Both the position numbers and the translations under genes were made by a program. Positions 10,053-19,688 of a stretch of 64,000 nucleotides of DNA are shown piece by piece. The notes under the pieces are model-generated. The model saw only the letters and a list, made by a program, of their open reading frames with translations. It was not told the DNA's origin and ran no database searches. The DNA is from Candidatus Magasanikiibacteriota bacterium (GTDB lineage: Bacteria; Patescibacteriota; Patescibacteriia; Magasanikbacterales; GWA2-37-8): positions 385 to 64,384 of the forward strand of contig JACPGS010000005.1 in NCBI GenBank assembly GCA_016189025.1, read 5' to 3'. Every line of letters starts with the position of its first letter. The first letter of the stretch is position 1.

Positions 10053-10922
10053 TCAGTTAATTAATTTTGCTCTGCATCGTATTGCATCCCAATTTGTATG
10101 ATAGCTGTAACGAATATCTAATTGGATCATATCACCTTTTATCACATGCACATCTTTGTTGAGTGGTATAATAACCGGCGGCATCAAACTATCAGAGGAC
10201 TCAAAATTGATCCCATCATAAACTTGAAGAGGAGAAGTTAATCGCAAGCTATTTAAGGTTCCTTCCCGCGCTATCTTGATCTTGATACTCCTGTTGATTC
10301 GTAAAGAATTCTGCTGCCGAAGGTCAATCGTGGTAAATAGTTGTCGTTTCGACAGTATACGCGGTTTTTTGACTCCAGTAAACCCAAAATAATGGGTTCT
10401 TATCTCCACCGCATTTTCAAATTGATATTGAGATTGGGCAAGCTCAACATAATTGAAAATAAGGGCTGGAATTCGTGCGCCATCTTGCTTGATAAGATTT
10501 TTGTTGATGTAATTCAATATTGGGATCTGCGGCTCCGTCACTTGCCAAGTGCTTAAATTTTCCGCAATCACCACATCTACTTTTTCATCATCAAGGTCTT
10601 CGAGTGTAGTCTTGAAAATATCCTTACGAATAAGTTTGATGCGATCTTGAAAACCACTCTTTCTTATGTTCGCCTCGGCAAAGCGTGCGACTTTCGGGTC
10701 AATCTCTACTGCATATACTTTTTTCGCTCCCGCTTTTGCCGCAAGAATACTTAAAATACCTGAACCCGCGCCGCTTTCCAAGACCCGCTTGCCCTTGCAC
10801 ACCTTTTGTATCGCCTTCTTAAATGGCGTGACTCGTTTCGCATCGGATACCATTTCGTAATGATAGGGCAGCCCAAGCGCTTCTGCCTGCTGTGGATTGT
10901 TGTATTGAATTCTTGATGTCAT
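10053..10922 (-). CDS. SAM-dependent methyltransferase, PRMT-like
   Basis: YHYEMVSDAKR...AI, VLESGAGSGILS, VYAVE, double-E loop DVVIAENLSTWQVTE. Confidence 0.8.
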   Translation of the reverse strand: MTSRIQYNNPQQAEALGLPYHYEMVSDAKRVTPFKKAIQKVCKGKRVLESGAGSGILSILAAKAGAKKVYAVEIDPKVARFAEANIRKSGFQDRIKLIRKDIFKTTLEDLDDEKVDVVIAENLSTWQVTEPQIPILNYINKNLIKQDGARIPALIFNYVELAQSQYQFENAVEIRTHYFGFTGVKKPRILSKRQLFTTIDLRQQNSLRINRSIKIKIAREGTLNSLRLTSPLQVYDGINFESSDSLMPPVIIPLNKDVHVIKGDMIQLDIRYSYHTNWDAIRCRAKLIN

Positions 10923-10924
10923 AA

Positions 10925-11740
10925 TTACAAATTTTTATATATTTCCAAGTCTAGTTTCACAGATCCGAGTGACTCTTTTGTGACCACTCCTTGCACATAT
11001 CTTTTAATTTCAATGAATGATTGTGAAAATTCTGTTTTGAGATCACGAGGGCGCGGTAGATTAACGGTAACTTTTTCACGAATAGTGCCCGGCGATGGAG
11101 CCAAAATGTATACATTGTCACCGAGAAAGACCGCTTCCTCAACATCATGGGTAACAAAAACAACTGTCCTTGGTTCATATTGCAATATTTGCAAAAAAAG
11201 ATCCTGCATAAGCCGCTTCGTCTGCACATCGAGTGCGGCAAATGGTTCATCCATTAAAAGTATTTTTGGGTTCGTCGCAAATGCTCGTCCTAACGCGACT
11301 CGTTGTTGCATGCCGCCCGAGAGTTCCTTCGGATACGCTTTCTCAAAACCCTTCAATCCAATTGCTTCAATGTAGTGCGCAACGATTTGTGAGCGTTTAT
11401 CTGGAGCTGTATTTCGTATAAAAAGTCCGAATCCGATATTATCCTCAACCGTGAGCCAGGGAAAAAGATTGTAATGTTGAAATACGACGCCGCGATCATG
11501 TGAATCTCCGTCAATTTGTTTTCCATATTCCAGAACCCGTCCTGCGGTCGGTTTGAGTAGGCCAGCCAATAACTTAATGAGTGTGGACTTCCCGCAGCCG
11601 GAAGGACCAATCAAAGAAACAAATTCGCCCTCATGCACCTCAAAATTGACATCTTTGAGTGCGTCAATCGTTTCTCTGGTGGAGAGAAGATATTGTTTTG
11701 AAACATGTTCGATTGATAAAATAGGTTTTTTCTTGAGCAT
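10925..11740 (-). CDS. ABC transporter ATPase, TauB/SsuB family
   Basis: GPSGCGKST, LSGGMQQRV, LLMDEPFAALD, VTHDVEEA. Confidence 0.95.
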   Translation of the reverse strand: MLKKKPILSIEHVSKQYLLSTRETIDALKDVNFEVHEGEFVSLIGPSGCGKSTLIKLLAGLLKPTAGRVLEYGKQIDGDSHDRGVVFQHYNLFPWLTVEDNIGFGLFIRNTAPDKRSQIVAHYIEAIGLKGFEKAYPKELSGGMQQRVALGRAFATNPKILLMDEPFAALDVQTKRLMQDLFLQILQYEPRTVVFVTHDVEEAVFLGDNVYILAPSPGTIREKVTVNLPRPRDLKTEFSQSFIEIKRYVQGVVTKESLGSVKLDLEIYKNL

Positions 11741-11744
11741 AGAA

Positions 11745-12509
11745 TTACCAGAAAAAATACTTTTCTCGCACGCGGCGCAACAGATAATCAGACAAAAGGG
11801 CAACTGCCGCGATCAAAATGAGTCCGGCAAAAACCTCATGGCTCCTCTGAAGCCGTCCCGCGATGTTGATGAGGTATCCCAGGCCGTTTTTTGCGTTAAT
11901 AATCTCGGCAAGAATTACATACGTCCATCCGATACCATTCATCACAATGATGCCATCAAGCATTTGCGGTAGCGCATGCGGCCAGTAGACGCGACGGGCG
12001 ATTGTTGCCCAAGATGCGCCAAATGATCGCGCAACGTCAATGTATTCTTGGGGAGTATGTCGAATAGCATTCCGAACTACGGGAATAATGTAAAATGCGA
12101 CTCCAACAAAAAGAAAAATAATCTTCATTGTCTCCCCGATTCCAAACCAAAGTATAAGTAACGGGATTAATGCCGTGATCGGGAGATAACGAAGCGGCTG
12201 GGTCAATGGATTCAGAAGGTATTCTATCCGTTTAGAAATCCCCATTAAGACCCCAATAATGGAACCGAAAATTACCGCGAGAAATGTGGCACTAGCAATA
12301 CGCGCAAAACTAATGAATAGTGCGCGAGCAAAACGTCCGCTCACAAGAAGCTCCCAAAGAGCGGACGCGGTACTGGATGGGGTTGGTAAAAAAATAGGGC
12401 GAACCAGTCCCGCGGTGGTTACCAGATGCCAAATCACAAGCACCACAACGATTGTTGTGGTACCCAATAGAAATGCTTGTGATAAACGAAATACAAATTT
12501 TCTCTTCAT
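11745..12509 (-). CDS. ABC transporter permease, TauC/SsuC family
   Basis: FLPTP, PLLILWFGIGE, EAA-like loop DVARSFGAS, GLGYLI. Confidence 0.93.
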   Translation of the reverse strand: MKRKFVFRLSQAFLLGTTTIVVVLVIWHLVTTAGLVRPIFLPTPSSTASALWELLVSGRFARALFISFARIASATFLAVIFGSIIGVLMGISKRIEYLLNPLTQPLRYLPITALIPLLILWFGIGETMKIIFLFVGVAFYIIPVVRNAIRHTPQEYIDVARSFGASWATIARRVYWPHALPQMLDGIIVMNGIGWTYVILAEIINAKNGLGYLINIAGRLQRSHEVFAGLILIAAVALLSDYLLRRVREKYFFW

Positions 12510-12550
12510 GCAACGAGTGGCTAATTAAGAGCTAAAGCTCGCTTTGCCTA

Positions 12551-12916
12551 CTAAAGCATTCTACCAATCATGAGCGCGAGCTCTAAGCCATCCTCAATCG
12601 CTGCGGTTGGCGCCTCACTCGGCTGGAGATCTCCGTAAAGATGCACCTCGTCAGTAATTCGGATGCTGTAGACAATTTTTCGGTTCAGAGATACCATCAG
12701 CCAGTTTCTGTCGCCGGCAGGATCAATCTTTGTCGCTTTATTTGTCTCAACATCCATGTATAGCTTCTCTACTTTCATGAATTTTTTTGTATCACCAGAA
12801 CTAAATGTGGTTGCGATCACTTTTTGCTTGGGAAGGTTATAAACCATCAAACCATTGATGTCCGGATCTTTTGTAACTACCTCGTTGATTAGTTTCGCAA
12901 TTTTTTCTTGTTGCAT
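12551..12916 (-). CDS. Small protein, possibly Roadblock/profilin-like fold
   Basis: 121 aa; helix, INGLMVYN strand, VIATTF strand, helix, strands, helix. Confidence 0.4.
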   Translation of the reverse strand: MQQEKIAKLINEVVTKDPDINGLMVYNLPKQKVIATTFSSGDTKKFMKVEKLYMDVETNKATKIDPAGDRNWLMVSLNRKIVYSIRITDEVHLYGDLQPSEAPTAAIEDGLELALMIGRML

Positions 12917-12972
12917 AATTCGTGGGGTTATTATTTATTGATTATAAGTAGCCAGCAAGTCGACCTTTTACC

Positions 12973-14061
12973 TTACTTGGCGTAAATTTTACGAATAACT
13001 GAATCGTCTTTTGCTTGTACGGCATCAAGCGGTTTCTCTATCATACCGAGCGACTTCCAAACCTCGCTTGCATTTGCGAAAACTGAATCAAAGAGAGCTG
13101 GCTGTCCATCAAGACCAAACATGCGGGCATTATCTTCAAGGTTCGGCCAATATACCCATGATAGACTTTCTTTCGTCGTCCCAATTCCTAAATCCGCAAA
13201 AAGCGGCTCATTCTCTACTAACACTTGCGCCGCAAAATCAGGATTGCGTTTTGCTTCTTCTACTCCATCTAACCAGCCACGCACGAATGCTTCTATTGCT
13301 TTCGGATGTGCGTTAATGAATTCCTGCTTTGCTACCATGACATCCGCAATAATGTTCGGAAAATCTTGCGTACTGATTAAAACATGGGCACTTTGCTTTT
13401 TCAGTGCTTGTTTTACATCCGGTTCCCACAATACTGCGGCATTGACTTGTCCGGCGGCAAACGCAGCTCTGGCAGTTTGCACATCTTGCGTGAATACAAG
13501 ACCATCGCGTATTTTTTGTTGTTCGGTTTCAGTGAGTTGTGAACTGCGCAACGCTGTTTCTAAAAGCCAGTGGCTTGGAGTAAACTGGACCAAAGATATT
13601 TTCTTACCCTTCAAATCTTCCACCCTCTTGATATCGGTGTCCGCCACCAAAGCATCTCCTCCTCGACTCCAGTCAACGTGTAAAAACGCTTTTCCATTGA
13701 TCCCGCCTGCGACGAAATTGGGAAGCTCATTTGCCCAGAAATCAATCGTTGACCACACTACATCAACGCCATCGGGGCCGCCTTTTGCAAAGGCTTTCCC
13801 TCGCGCGTCAATATCTTCAATCAGCACAAAGCGGACAGGCAAGCCATATTTTTTGGTATATATGCTTTCTGGATTTTCTTTGAATCCGCCATTAGCCACA
13901 ATTCCTCCAGCATAACCTGGCCAGGAAACGACGCCTACAATCAATGGGCGATCAAGGTCTACCCGCGACAATGGACTGCGCGCTCCGCGATTAGCGTAGA
14001 TGAGAGTGGCTACTATTATTAAAACTAAAATCCCCGCGAACACCAATTTTTTGTGTTTCAT
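12973..14061 (-). CDS. ABC substrate-binding protein, SsuA/THI5-like
   Basis: Signal anchor; SWPGY, DWSRGGDALV, DLKGKKI, AAVLWEP. Confidence 0.9.
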   Translation of the reverse strand: MKHKKLVFAGILVLIIVATLIYANRGARSPLSRVDLDRPLIVGVVSWPGYAGGIVANGGFKENPESIYTKKYGLPVRFVLIEDIDARGKAFAKGGPDGVDVVWSTIDFWANELPNFVAGGINGKAFLHVDWSRGGDALVADTDIKRVEDLKGKKISLVQFTPSHWLLETALRSSQLTETEQQKIRDGLVFTQDVQTARAAFAAGQVNAAVLWEPDVKQALKKQSAHVLISTQDFPNIIADVMVAKQEFINAHPKAIEAFVRGWLDGVEEAKRNPDFAAQVLVENEPLFADLGIGTTKESLSWVYWPNLEDNARMFGLDGQPALFDSVFANASEVWKSLGMIEKPLDAVQAKDDSVIRKIYAK

Positions 14062-14193
14062 ATTGAGCTACGAATTATCATAAATCATTGTAATTATTAT
14101 ACCAGATTGGATGTGAATACACAATCGTCGTAGGGGAGTTCATATTTGTTGCGCGCGCAAGGGTGGGTGGGGCAAGCGCAACGACTATTATTT

Positions 14194-14648
14194 CGCCCGC
14201 CGCCCGCCCAAAAATCGCCTGCCGTCCTCGCAAGCGGGCAAAAAGGAAGAGGGTCAGGGAGAGGGAATTTTTGCCCGCTTGCGTTTCGCGCCGAAGGCGC
14301 GATGGGGAAAGCGGCTCCGCCTCCGCCGAATGGCGGAGAGACAATCCCGCAAAAATTTTCTTCCTTATTTGGAAAAGAAAAATCGCGCGCGCCCTATAAA
14401 AAGAATTGAAAATTTTTGCGGGATTTGCCAGCCCCGACGCTTCGGTCGGGGCGCGGAGCCGTCGGGCGGCCTTCCCAAAATTACACATTTGCGATAAAAT
14501 AGGTTCGGATTTGGTTGTTTGTCGCCGATTTTTGGCGCGCCGAGGCGCGCCTGTTTCCCCGCCAAGAGGAGGTTCGACATCCCGTGCGATTTTGAAATTC
14601 TGTATCGTTTGAGTATTTGCTTTGCCCAATACAAAAAGAATTTTTGCG
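14194..14648 (-). repeat. Inverted mosaic copy of recombinase-gene segments and the left att arm
   Basis: Reverse-complement matches to 14799-14817, 15168-15185, 15431-15450, 16120-16135, 16180-16239, 9120-9250 and 9251-9338, in that order. Confidence 0.92.
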
Positions 14649-14759
14649 ACAGGGATAAGGTATGGTATACTGATAATGCTACCAACCTAAATCCGAGAAA
14701 CTCTTTTTTAATGGCCGTCTCGGACAATCTTTGAGAGTTTCTCTCTTGGGTTGGTAGCA
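14644..14759 (+). promoter_or_regulatory. Recombinase promoter and long 5'-UTR hairpin
   Basis: TTGCGA...TGG-TATACT, then TGCTACCAACC..GAGAAACTCT / AGAGTTTCTC..GGTTGGTAGCA stem. Confidence 0.6.
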
Positions 14760-14794
14760 CCGGGGCGGCCATTTAAGTTTTAACGCATAAACAT

Positions 14795-16354
14795 ATGACG
14801 CAAAAATTCTTTTTGTACACCCGCAAGTCTACGGATGTTGAGGATAAACAAATCCTCTCGATTGAAGCCCAACTCACAGAATTGCGCGCCTTTGCCAAAG
14901 AGAATAATTTGGAAATCGTGGAGGAGTTAATTGAAAAACAAACCGCGAAAGTGCCGGGTCGTCCCATTTTTAATGTTATGCTTGCCAGAATAGAAAAAGG
15001 AGAGGCCAATGGAATTTTGTCTTGGCACGCAGATCGTTTGGCGCGCAATTCCGTGGACGGTGGAAGAATTATTTACTTGCTTGATATAGGTAGACTTGCG
15101 GCGTTGAAATTTCCAACGCTGTGGTTTGACAACACGCCGCAAGGAAAGTTCATGCTCAACATCGCTTTTGGGCAAAGCAAATACTACGTTGATTCACTTT
15201 CGGAGAATGTGAAACGAGGATTGCGCCAAAAAGTCAGACGCGGAGAATATCCGAGCATTGCGCCAGTCGGCTATCTCAATGACGTGCGGCTGAAAACAGT
15301 CGTAGTGGACAAAAAGAAGTCGGCGATTATTAGTCAAGCGTTCGAACTCTACGCGAAAAATGACAGCCGTCTCGAAGATATATCTGACTTTTTGGCGCAC
15401 CAAGGCATTACCTCTCGCGGTGGCAAACCGCTCAAACGAGACAGAATTTCTTTTATCCTTTCCAACCCGTTCTATGTTGGGCTGTTTCAGTACGCAGGCG
15501 AGCTTTACGAAGGAAAACACCAGCCAGTTATCTCAAAGAAAATTTTTGACCACGTGCAGGAAGTATTAAAGCAGAGAGGACGGCCGCACCATAAAATCAA
15601 GAATGAATCGCAACCGTTCTGCGGACTTTTTTACTGCACCTGCGGCATGATGATTACTGGCGAATACAAGGTTAAGAGACAAAAAAATGGCAACGTGCAT
15701 TACTACACTTACTACCATTGCTCCCGAAAATCCAAAACCATCATTTGCAAAGAACCTTGTATTCGCCAAGAGGCATTGGATATACAGGTGTCCTCTCTGC
15801 TTCAAAAATTTTCTTTGAGCGAGGATTGGGCGGCGGAACTTTTGAAAATGTTTGAAAAGGACAGCGTGCAAGCCGCCCAATCCTCGACGGCTTTTGTTCA
15901 AGAGGCGCAGGGGAAGATTGAGGAAATTAAAACCAAGCTCCAGCGACTTCTGGACTCATATTTAGAGCAGGATGTTGAGCGCGAAGTGTATCTCAAAAAG
16001 AAGGCGGAACTGATGGGCGAAAAGAAGTCGTTGGAAGAAAAAAGTATCACTCTTAAACAAAAGCAAACTGGCTGGGTCGAACCGATGCGGAAATGGATAA
16101 AACAGGCAGAATATCTGCCCAAAATCGCATGGGATAGCAACCTTTTTGGCAAAAAGGTTGCCGCCAAAGAAATCTTTGGGTCGAACCTCCTCTTGGCGGG
16201 GAAACAGGCGCGCCTCGGCGCGCCAAAAATCGGCGACAATTGGGGGCAAAATCAATGGGCGGCCTTGCAGGCCGCCCACCAATTGGCTTCTGAAAACCCG
16301 AAAAGTTTTGTATTGGTACCGCGTACGGGAATCGAACCCGTGTTTGATGGCTGA
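14795..16354 (+). CDS. Large serine recombinase (resolvase, recombinase and Zn-ribbon domains)
   Basis: YTRKST, DRLARN, SENVKRG, APVGY, ILSNPFYVG, GLFYCTCG...YYHC...C, coiled coil. Confidence 0.96.
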   Translation: MTQKFFLYTRKSTDVEDKQILSIEAQLTELRAFAKENNLEIVEELIEKQTAKVPGRPIFNVMLARIEKGEANGILSWHADRLARNSVDGGRIIYLLDIGRLAALKFPTLWFDNTPQGKFMLNIAFGQSKYYVDSLSENVKRGLRQKVRRGEYPSIAPVGYLNDVRLKTVVVDKKKSAIISQAFELYAKNDSRLEDISDFLAHQGITSRGGKPLKRDRISFILSNPFYVGLFQYAGELYEGKHQPVISKKIFDHVQEVLKQRGRPHHKIKNESQPFCGLFYCTCGMMITGEYKVKRQKNGNVHYYTYYHCSRKSKTIICKEPCIRQEALDIQVSSLLQKFSLSEDWAAELLKMFEKDSVQAAQSSTAFVQEAQGKIEEIKTKLQRLLDSYLEQDVEREVYLKKKAELMGEKKSLEEKSITLKQKQTGWVEPMRKWIKQAEYLPKIAWDSNLFGKKVAAKEIFGSNLLLAGKQARLGAPKIGDNWGQNQWAALQAAHQLASENPKSFVLVPRTGIEPVFDG

Positions 16355-16388
16355 GAACCATCTGTCCTAGCCCCTAGACGAACGCGGC
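16314..16388 (-). tRNA. tRNA-Glu (anticodon CTC)
   Basis: GCCGCGT...GATGG TTCTCAG CCATC...GGTTCGATTCC...ACGCGGT ACCA; canonical cloverleaf. Confidence 0.95.
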
Positions 16389-16450
16389 ATACAATGAACA
16401 GCAGAGAGTATAAAACATTTATCCGGTCGCGTCAACGCTGACTCCCGCCG

Positions 16451-16942
16451 TTAGAATTCGTACACAAAAATGCCCTGCTCGGAGTGGGTAGGCTGGCGAC
16501 CAGGCAACGAAAAAGCGTAGGAAACGACCTTCGCCCCCGGTGGTAACTCGCGGGTAAGTTTGGGAAGCAGTTGCGCCATAAACCGACGCGATAAAAAAGC
16601 AAAAACTACCTCGGCCTGGCTTAAATCCGCCCGGTAAAGCGAGCGCCAATACACCTGCACCCGACCCGCTAGTCCCCGCCGGCGAATCTGCCACCTAGTC
16701 CACCAATAAAGCCAGGGGTTAAGTTCGTAGCCCGCTGCCGCGGCGCCCCGCGCTGCTGCCAGCCATAGCAAGCGCCCGGCGCCGGAGCCCAAATCCACTA
16801 CCCGCGTACCCGGTTTAATTGCGGCAAGCTCTATCATGCGCACTGCCTGCTGGCGATGAGTAGGGATAAAAGGCACTCCTAGGAAGGCGGAAATGGCGAT
16901 AATAGAGAATAAAAGGAATAAGAAAATAATTATGCCAAACAT
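16451..16942 (-). CDS. Membrane-anchored SAM-dependent methyltransferase
   Basis: N-terminal TM, VPFIPT, VDLGSGAGR, GYELNP, VVSYAF. Confidence 0.88.
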   Translation of the reverse strand: MFGIIIFLFLLFSIIAISAFLGVPFIPTHRQQAVRMIELAAIKPGTRVVDLGSGAGRLLWLAAARGAAAAGYELNPWLYWWTRWQIRRRGLAGRVQVYWRSLYRADLSQAEVVFAFLSRRFMAQLLPKLTRELPPGAKVVSYAFSLPGRQPTHSEQGIFVYEF

Positions 16943-16960
16943 AGTGGCAGGGGATTCTTC

Positions 16961-16977
16961 CCCCGACTAAGTCGGGG
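16961..16977. repeat. Dispersed REP-like palindrome CCCCGACTAAGTCGGGG
   Basis: Further copies or near copies at ~4964, 19535, 19731, 25484 and 29641. Confidence 0.9.
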
Positions 16978-16997
16978 TCAGAATGACACAGAAAGAT

Positions 16998-18731
16998 TTA
17001 ACGCGTGCCGGGAATGCCGTAGTAATTTAAGGCAAACTCCATTACGTCGCGGAATACCGGTAGCGCCGTCTGCTCGGCCCAGCGCCGCGCCGGCTCTTCA
17101 TACTTCACCAATAATACCAGCTGGGCCCGGTCCGCCGGGGCCAAACCGATAAAGGTATGATTAGTACGGGTAGCGCTATAACGCCCCCGCTCGGCAATTT
17201 GCGCCGTGCCGGTTTTGCCGGCCACATAGTAATGCGGGATTCTGGCCCGCCGATAATGATTTTCCACTACCGCGGTAAGCATGCCTAAAGTGGCCTGGGC
17301 CGCGGCTGGCGATACCACGCGCTCTAGTTCGTCCGGCGTAGTTTTTTCACGCCGGCCGCCGGGGTAGCGCGCTTCCGAAATAATCTGCGGCTGCAGTAGC
17401 CGCCCTTCGTTGGCCAGCGCCCCAAAGGCCAGCGCCAGCTGGAGCGGGGTGGCAGTAAACCCTTGCCCGAACGAAGCATTCGCGCCGAAGATATGACCCG
17501 GTTTATTGAGCGAGCTGACATCGCCCGCGCTTTCGGTATCCAGAGTAATACCGGATTTTTTGCCAAAGCCGAAGCGCCGCACATAATCGCCGAATCGTTC
17601 GTTGCCGATCTGCTCCTGCACCCACACGGCGCCGGTGTTAATGGACTGCTCCAATACCTGCGTCATGGTCTGCCGACCGTAACATTTGCCGTCGGCATTG
17701 CGGATCCGGTGGCCGTTGATTACCCGCTGGCAGGGATCAACAAAAGTCGTCTCGGACTTAATCAATCCCAAGTCCAGCCCGGCGGCCATGGTAATTGCCT
17801 TAAACACCGACCCGGGCTCAAAGGGAGTAAAAACCGTGCGGTTATTAAAAACGTCAATTGTGTCCACCCGGGAATATTCATTCGGATTAAAGGCCGGCAA
17901 ACTGCACATCGCCCGAATCGCTCCGGTCGGCACATCCAGCAGCACCAAAGCCGCGCCTTTTGCCTGATATTCTTTTAGTCCCTCGGCCAGCCGAGCGCAG
18001 GCCTTAAACTGCAGATTGCGGTCAATCGTTAAAATTAAATCCGCGCCGTCCTCGGCCGGTACCGACTCGCCGCCGGCCTGCGGGATAAGATTACCGAGCG
18101 CCCCGCGCGCGCCAGCCTTGAATCCCACCCGACCCGCCAAGGTTTTATCCCAATAACCTTCCAAACCATACTGACCCCAGGGTTCCCCGTTTTCGGTTTC
18201 TCCGACAAATCCCAATACCGGGGCCGCCAGCTCGCCCTCGGGGTAAAAACGATGCTCCTCTTTGGCAAAAGCCAGGCCGGCCAGCGCCGCGGTTTTTAAA
18301 CGTTCCACCGCTTCCGCCGGCACCTTGCGCGCCACCACATAGTAGCGCAGATTTTTATCGGCAAATTTTTCCTGCAGTTTTTGGGCGCGCTCGGGGGTGA
18401 GTCCGGCTAGCGCCGCGGCAAGCTGGCGCACGGTTGCTTCTTCTTTACCGGCCGGAATTTCCTGGGGCACTGCGTATACCGTATCCCATTCTTTATTTAC
18501 GGCCGCGGGAAAAAGCTCGCCGGAGCGGGTGTCTTGCAGATAAATGGCGCCGCGGTGGGGCCGCACCGGCCGCGCTACTTCCTGGGCGCGCGCGGCGAGG
18601 CTGACATAATAATCATGACGGATAATTTGCAGATAAAACAACCGCGCGCCGATCCAGAGGCTAAGCACGCCAAAACCGACTGCCACCAGGCGCAGCCGCA
18701 AATTAACTGTTCGCCGTTGCGGAAAAACCAT
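16998..18731 (-). CDS. Class B penicillin-binding protein (FtsI-like)
   Basis: RGAIY, RFYPEG, GLEGYWD, EPGSVFK (SxxK), SIN (SxN), KTGTAQ. Confidence 0.93.
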   Translation of the reverse strand: MVFPQRRTVNLRLRLVAVGFGVLSLWIGARLFYLQIIRHDYYVSLAARAQEVARPVRPHRGAIYLQDTRSGELFPAAVNKEWDTVYAVPQEIPAGKEEATVRQLAAALAGLTPERAQKLQEKFADKNLRYYVVARKVPAEAVERLKTAALAGLAFAKEEHRFYPEGELAAPVLGFVGETENGEPWGQYGLEGYWDKTLAGRVGFKAGARGALGNLIPQAGGESVPAEDGADLILTIDRNLQFKACARLAEGLKEYQAKGAALVLLDVPTGAIRAMCSLPAFNPNEYSRVDTIDVFNNRTVFTPFEPGSVFKAITMAAGLDLGLIKSETTFVDPCQRVINGHRIRNADGKCYGRQTMTQVLEQSINTGAVWVQEQIGNERFGDYVRRFGFGKKSGITLDTESAGDVSSLNKPGHIFGANASFGQGFTATPLQLALAFGALANEGRLLQPQIISEARYPGGRREKTTPDELERVVSPAAAQATLGMLTAVVENHYRRARIPHYYVAGKTGTAQIAERGRYSATRTNHTFIGLAPADRAQLVLLVKYEEPARRWAEQTALPVFRDVMEFALNYYGIPGTR

Positions 18732-18751
18732 ACTACCCTGATAATCCGGGT

Positions 18752-19450
18752 CTAAAAAATTTCTATCTTAATCCGCGGCAAGGCAATACCCTGATCTAAA
18801 ATCATTGACCGCGCCTCCTTAACCATCGCCAAGCTGCCGCATAAATAATAATCGGCTCCCGGGGTAATCAACCCCGGCAGACGTTCGGTAACGCGCCCCC
18901 GCTCCCCGCCCCAATTGCCTGCTGGCTGCGACAGAGTGATGAGAAAAGAAAAATTCTGATGGCGTTCCGCCAGCGCCGGCAGCCGCCCCGGCCAAAACAA
19001 ATCCGCTGCCGATCGCACGCCCCACAACAAACGAAAGGGCGTGGCCGGAGCGCGCGGCACCGCGTCCTCCAGGATGCTTATAATCGGAGCCAGGCCGACG
19101 CCGGTGGCGACCAAAACTTTGGGCCTCTCCTCTTTCCCCGAACAGACAAACACCCCCCGCGCCGCCGAAATCTCCGCCCCCTCCCCTACCGGCAAGCTGG
19201 TAAACCAATCCGAGGCCTTGCCTCCCGGTATCATTTTAGCACAAAATTCCAAATCAGGGGCGGCGGGCGGGGCGGCCAGGGAAAAATTACGTATTACTAC
19301 GGCCCCGTCGGCCGTCGGCACCTTGAACTGCACAAACTGGCCGGCCTGGAAAACAAAGCCCTGGGGTTTCTCAAAATGAAGCGCTAAAACCGCCCGGGCA
19401 ATCATTTGTTTAGCAAGCAATTTTACTGAATAAAACTCCGCCTTTGCCAT
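18752..19450 (-). CDS. FAD/NAD(P)-binding oxidoreductase, ferredoxin reductase family
   Basis: FQAGQFV, RNFSLA, GKAS, ATGVGLAP, YLCGS, C-terminal EIF. Confidence 0.88.
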   Translation of the reverse strand: MAKAEFYSVKLLAKQMIARAVLALHFEKPQGFVFQAGQFVQFKVPTADGAVVIRNFSLAAPPAAPDLEFCAKMIPGGKASDWFTSLPVGEGAEISAARGVFVCSGKEERPKVLVATGVGLAPIISILEDAVPRAPATPFRLLWGVRSAADLFWPGRLPALAERHQNFSFLITLSQPAGNWGGERGRVTERLPGLITPGADYYLCGSLAMVKEARSMILDQGIALPRIKIEIF

Positions 19451-19688
19451 AATTACCAGTTATGCTAATCATTTTGGCTAAAATATATCAATTTTCTTAA
19501 GCGGTCATCGCGGTCGCCTAAGGCGACCGACCGACCCCGACTAAGTCGGGGAGGGAGTTTGACCGCTAGAAAATTGATATATTTTAGCCTTTTCCTAAAT
19601 CGGCTAATTAACATCGGTCATAATTGTCTGCCGATTGACCAGGACTAATTTTTACGGTAAAATTGCCCAACCGAGCTATGGATTACGA

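Larger units (their letters stand above)
7857..16318. mobile_element. Serine-recombinase genomic island, possibly tandem or nested, at the tRNA-Glu 3' end
   Basis: Recombinase ORF reads into the tRNA; cargo is visibly AT-richer than flanks; GTA-core junction candidates at ~7857, ~9110 and 16316; long internal inverted repeats. Confidence 0.8.

Noticed and set aside
14078-14772. ORFs 14078-14629, 14365-14772 and 8947-9524
   Set aside because: They are translations of the inverted-repeat and mosaic DNA with no coherent protein signal.
14630-14817. Invertible promoter bounded by 19-bp inverted repeats
   Set aside because: The repeat is only the first piece of a longer ordered mosaic, so a simple switch does not explain it; not fully excluded.
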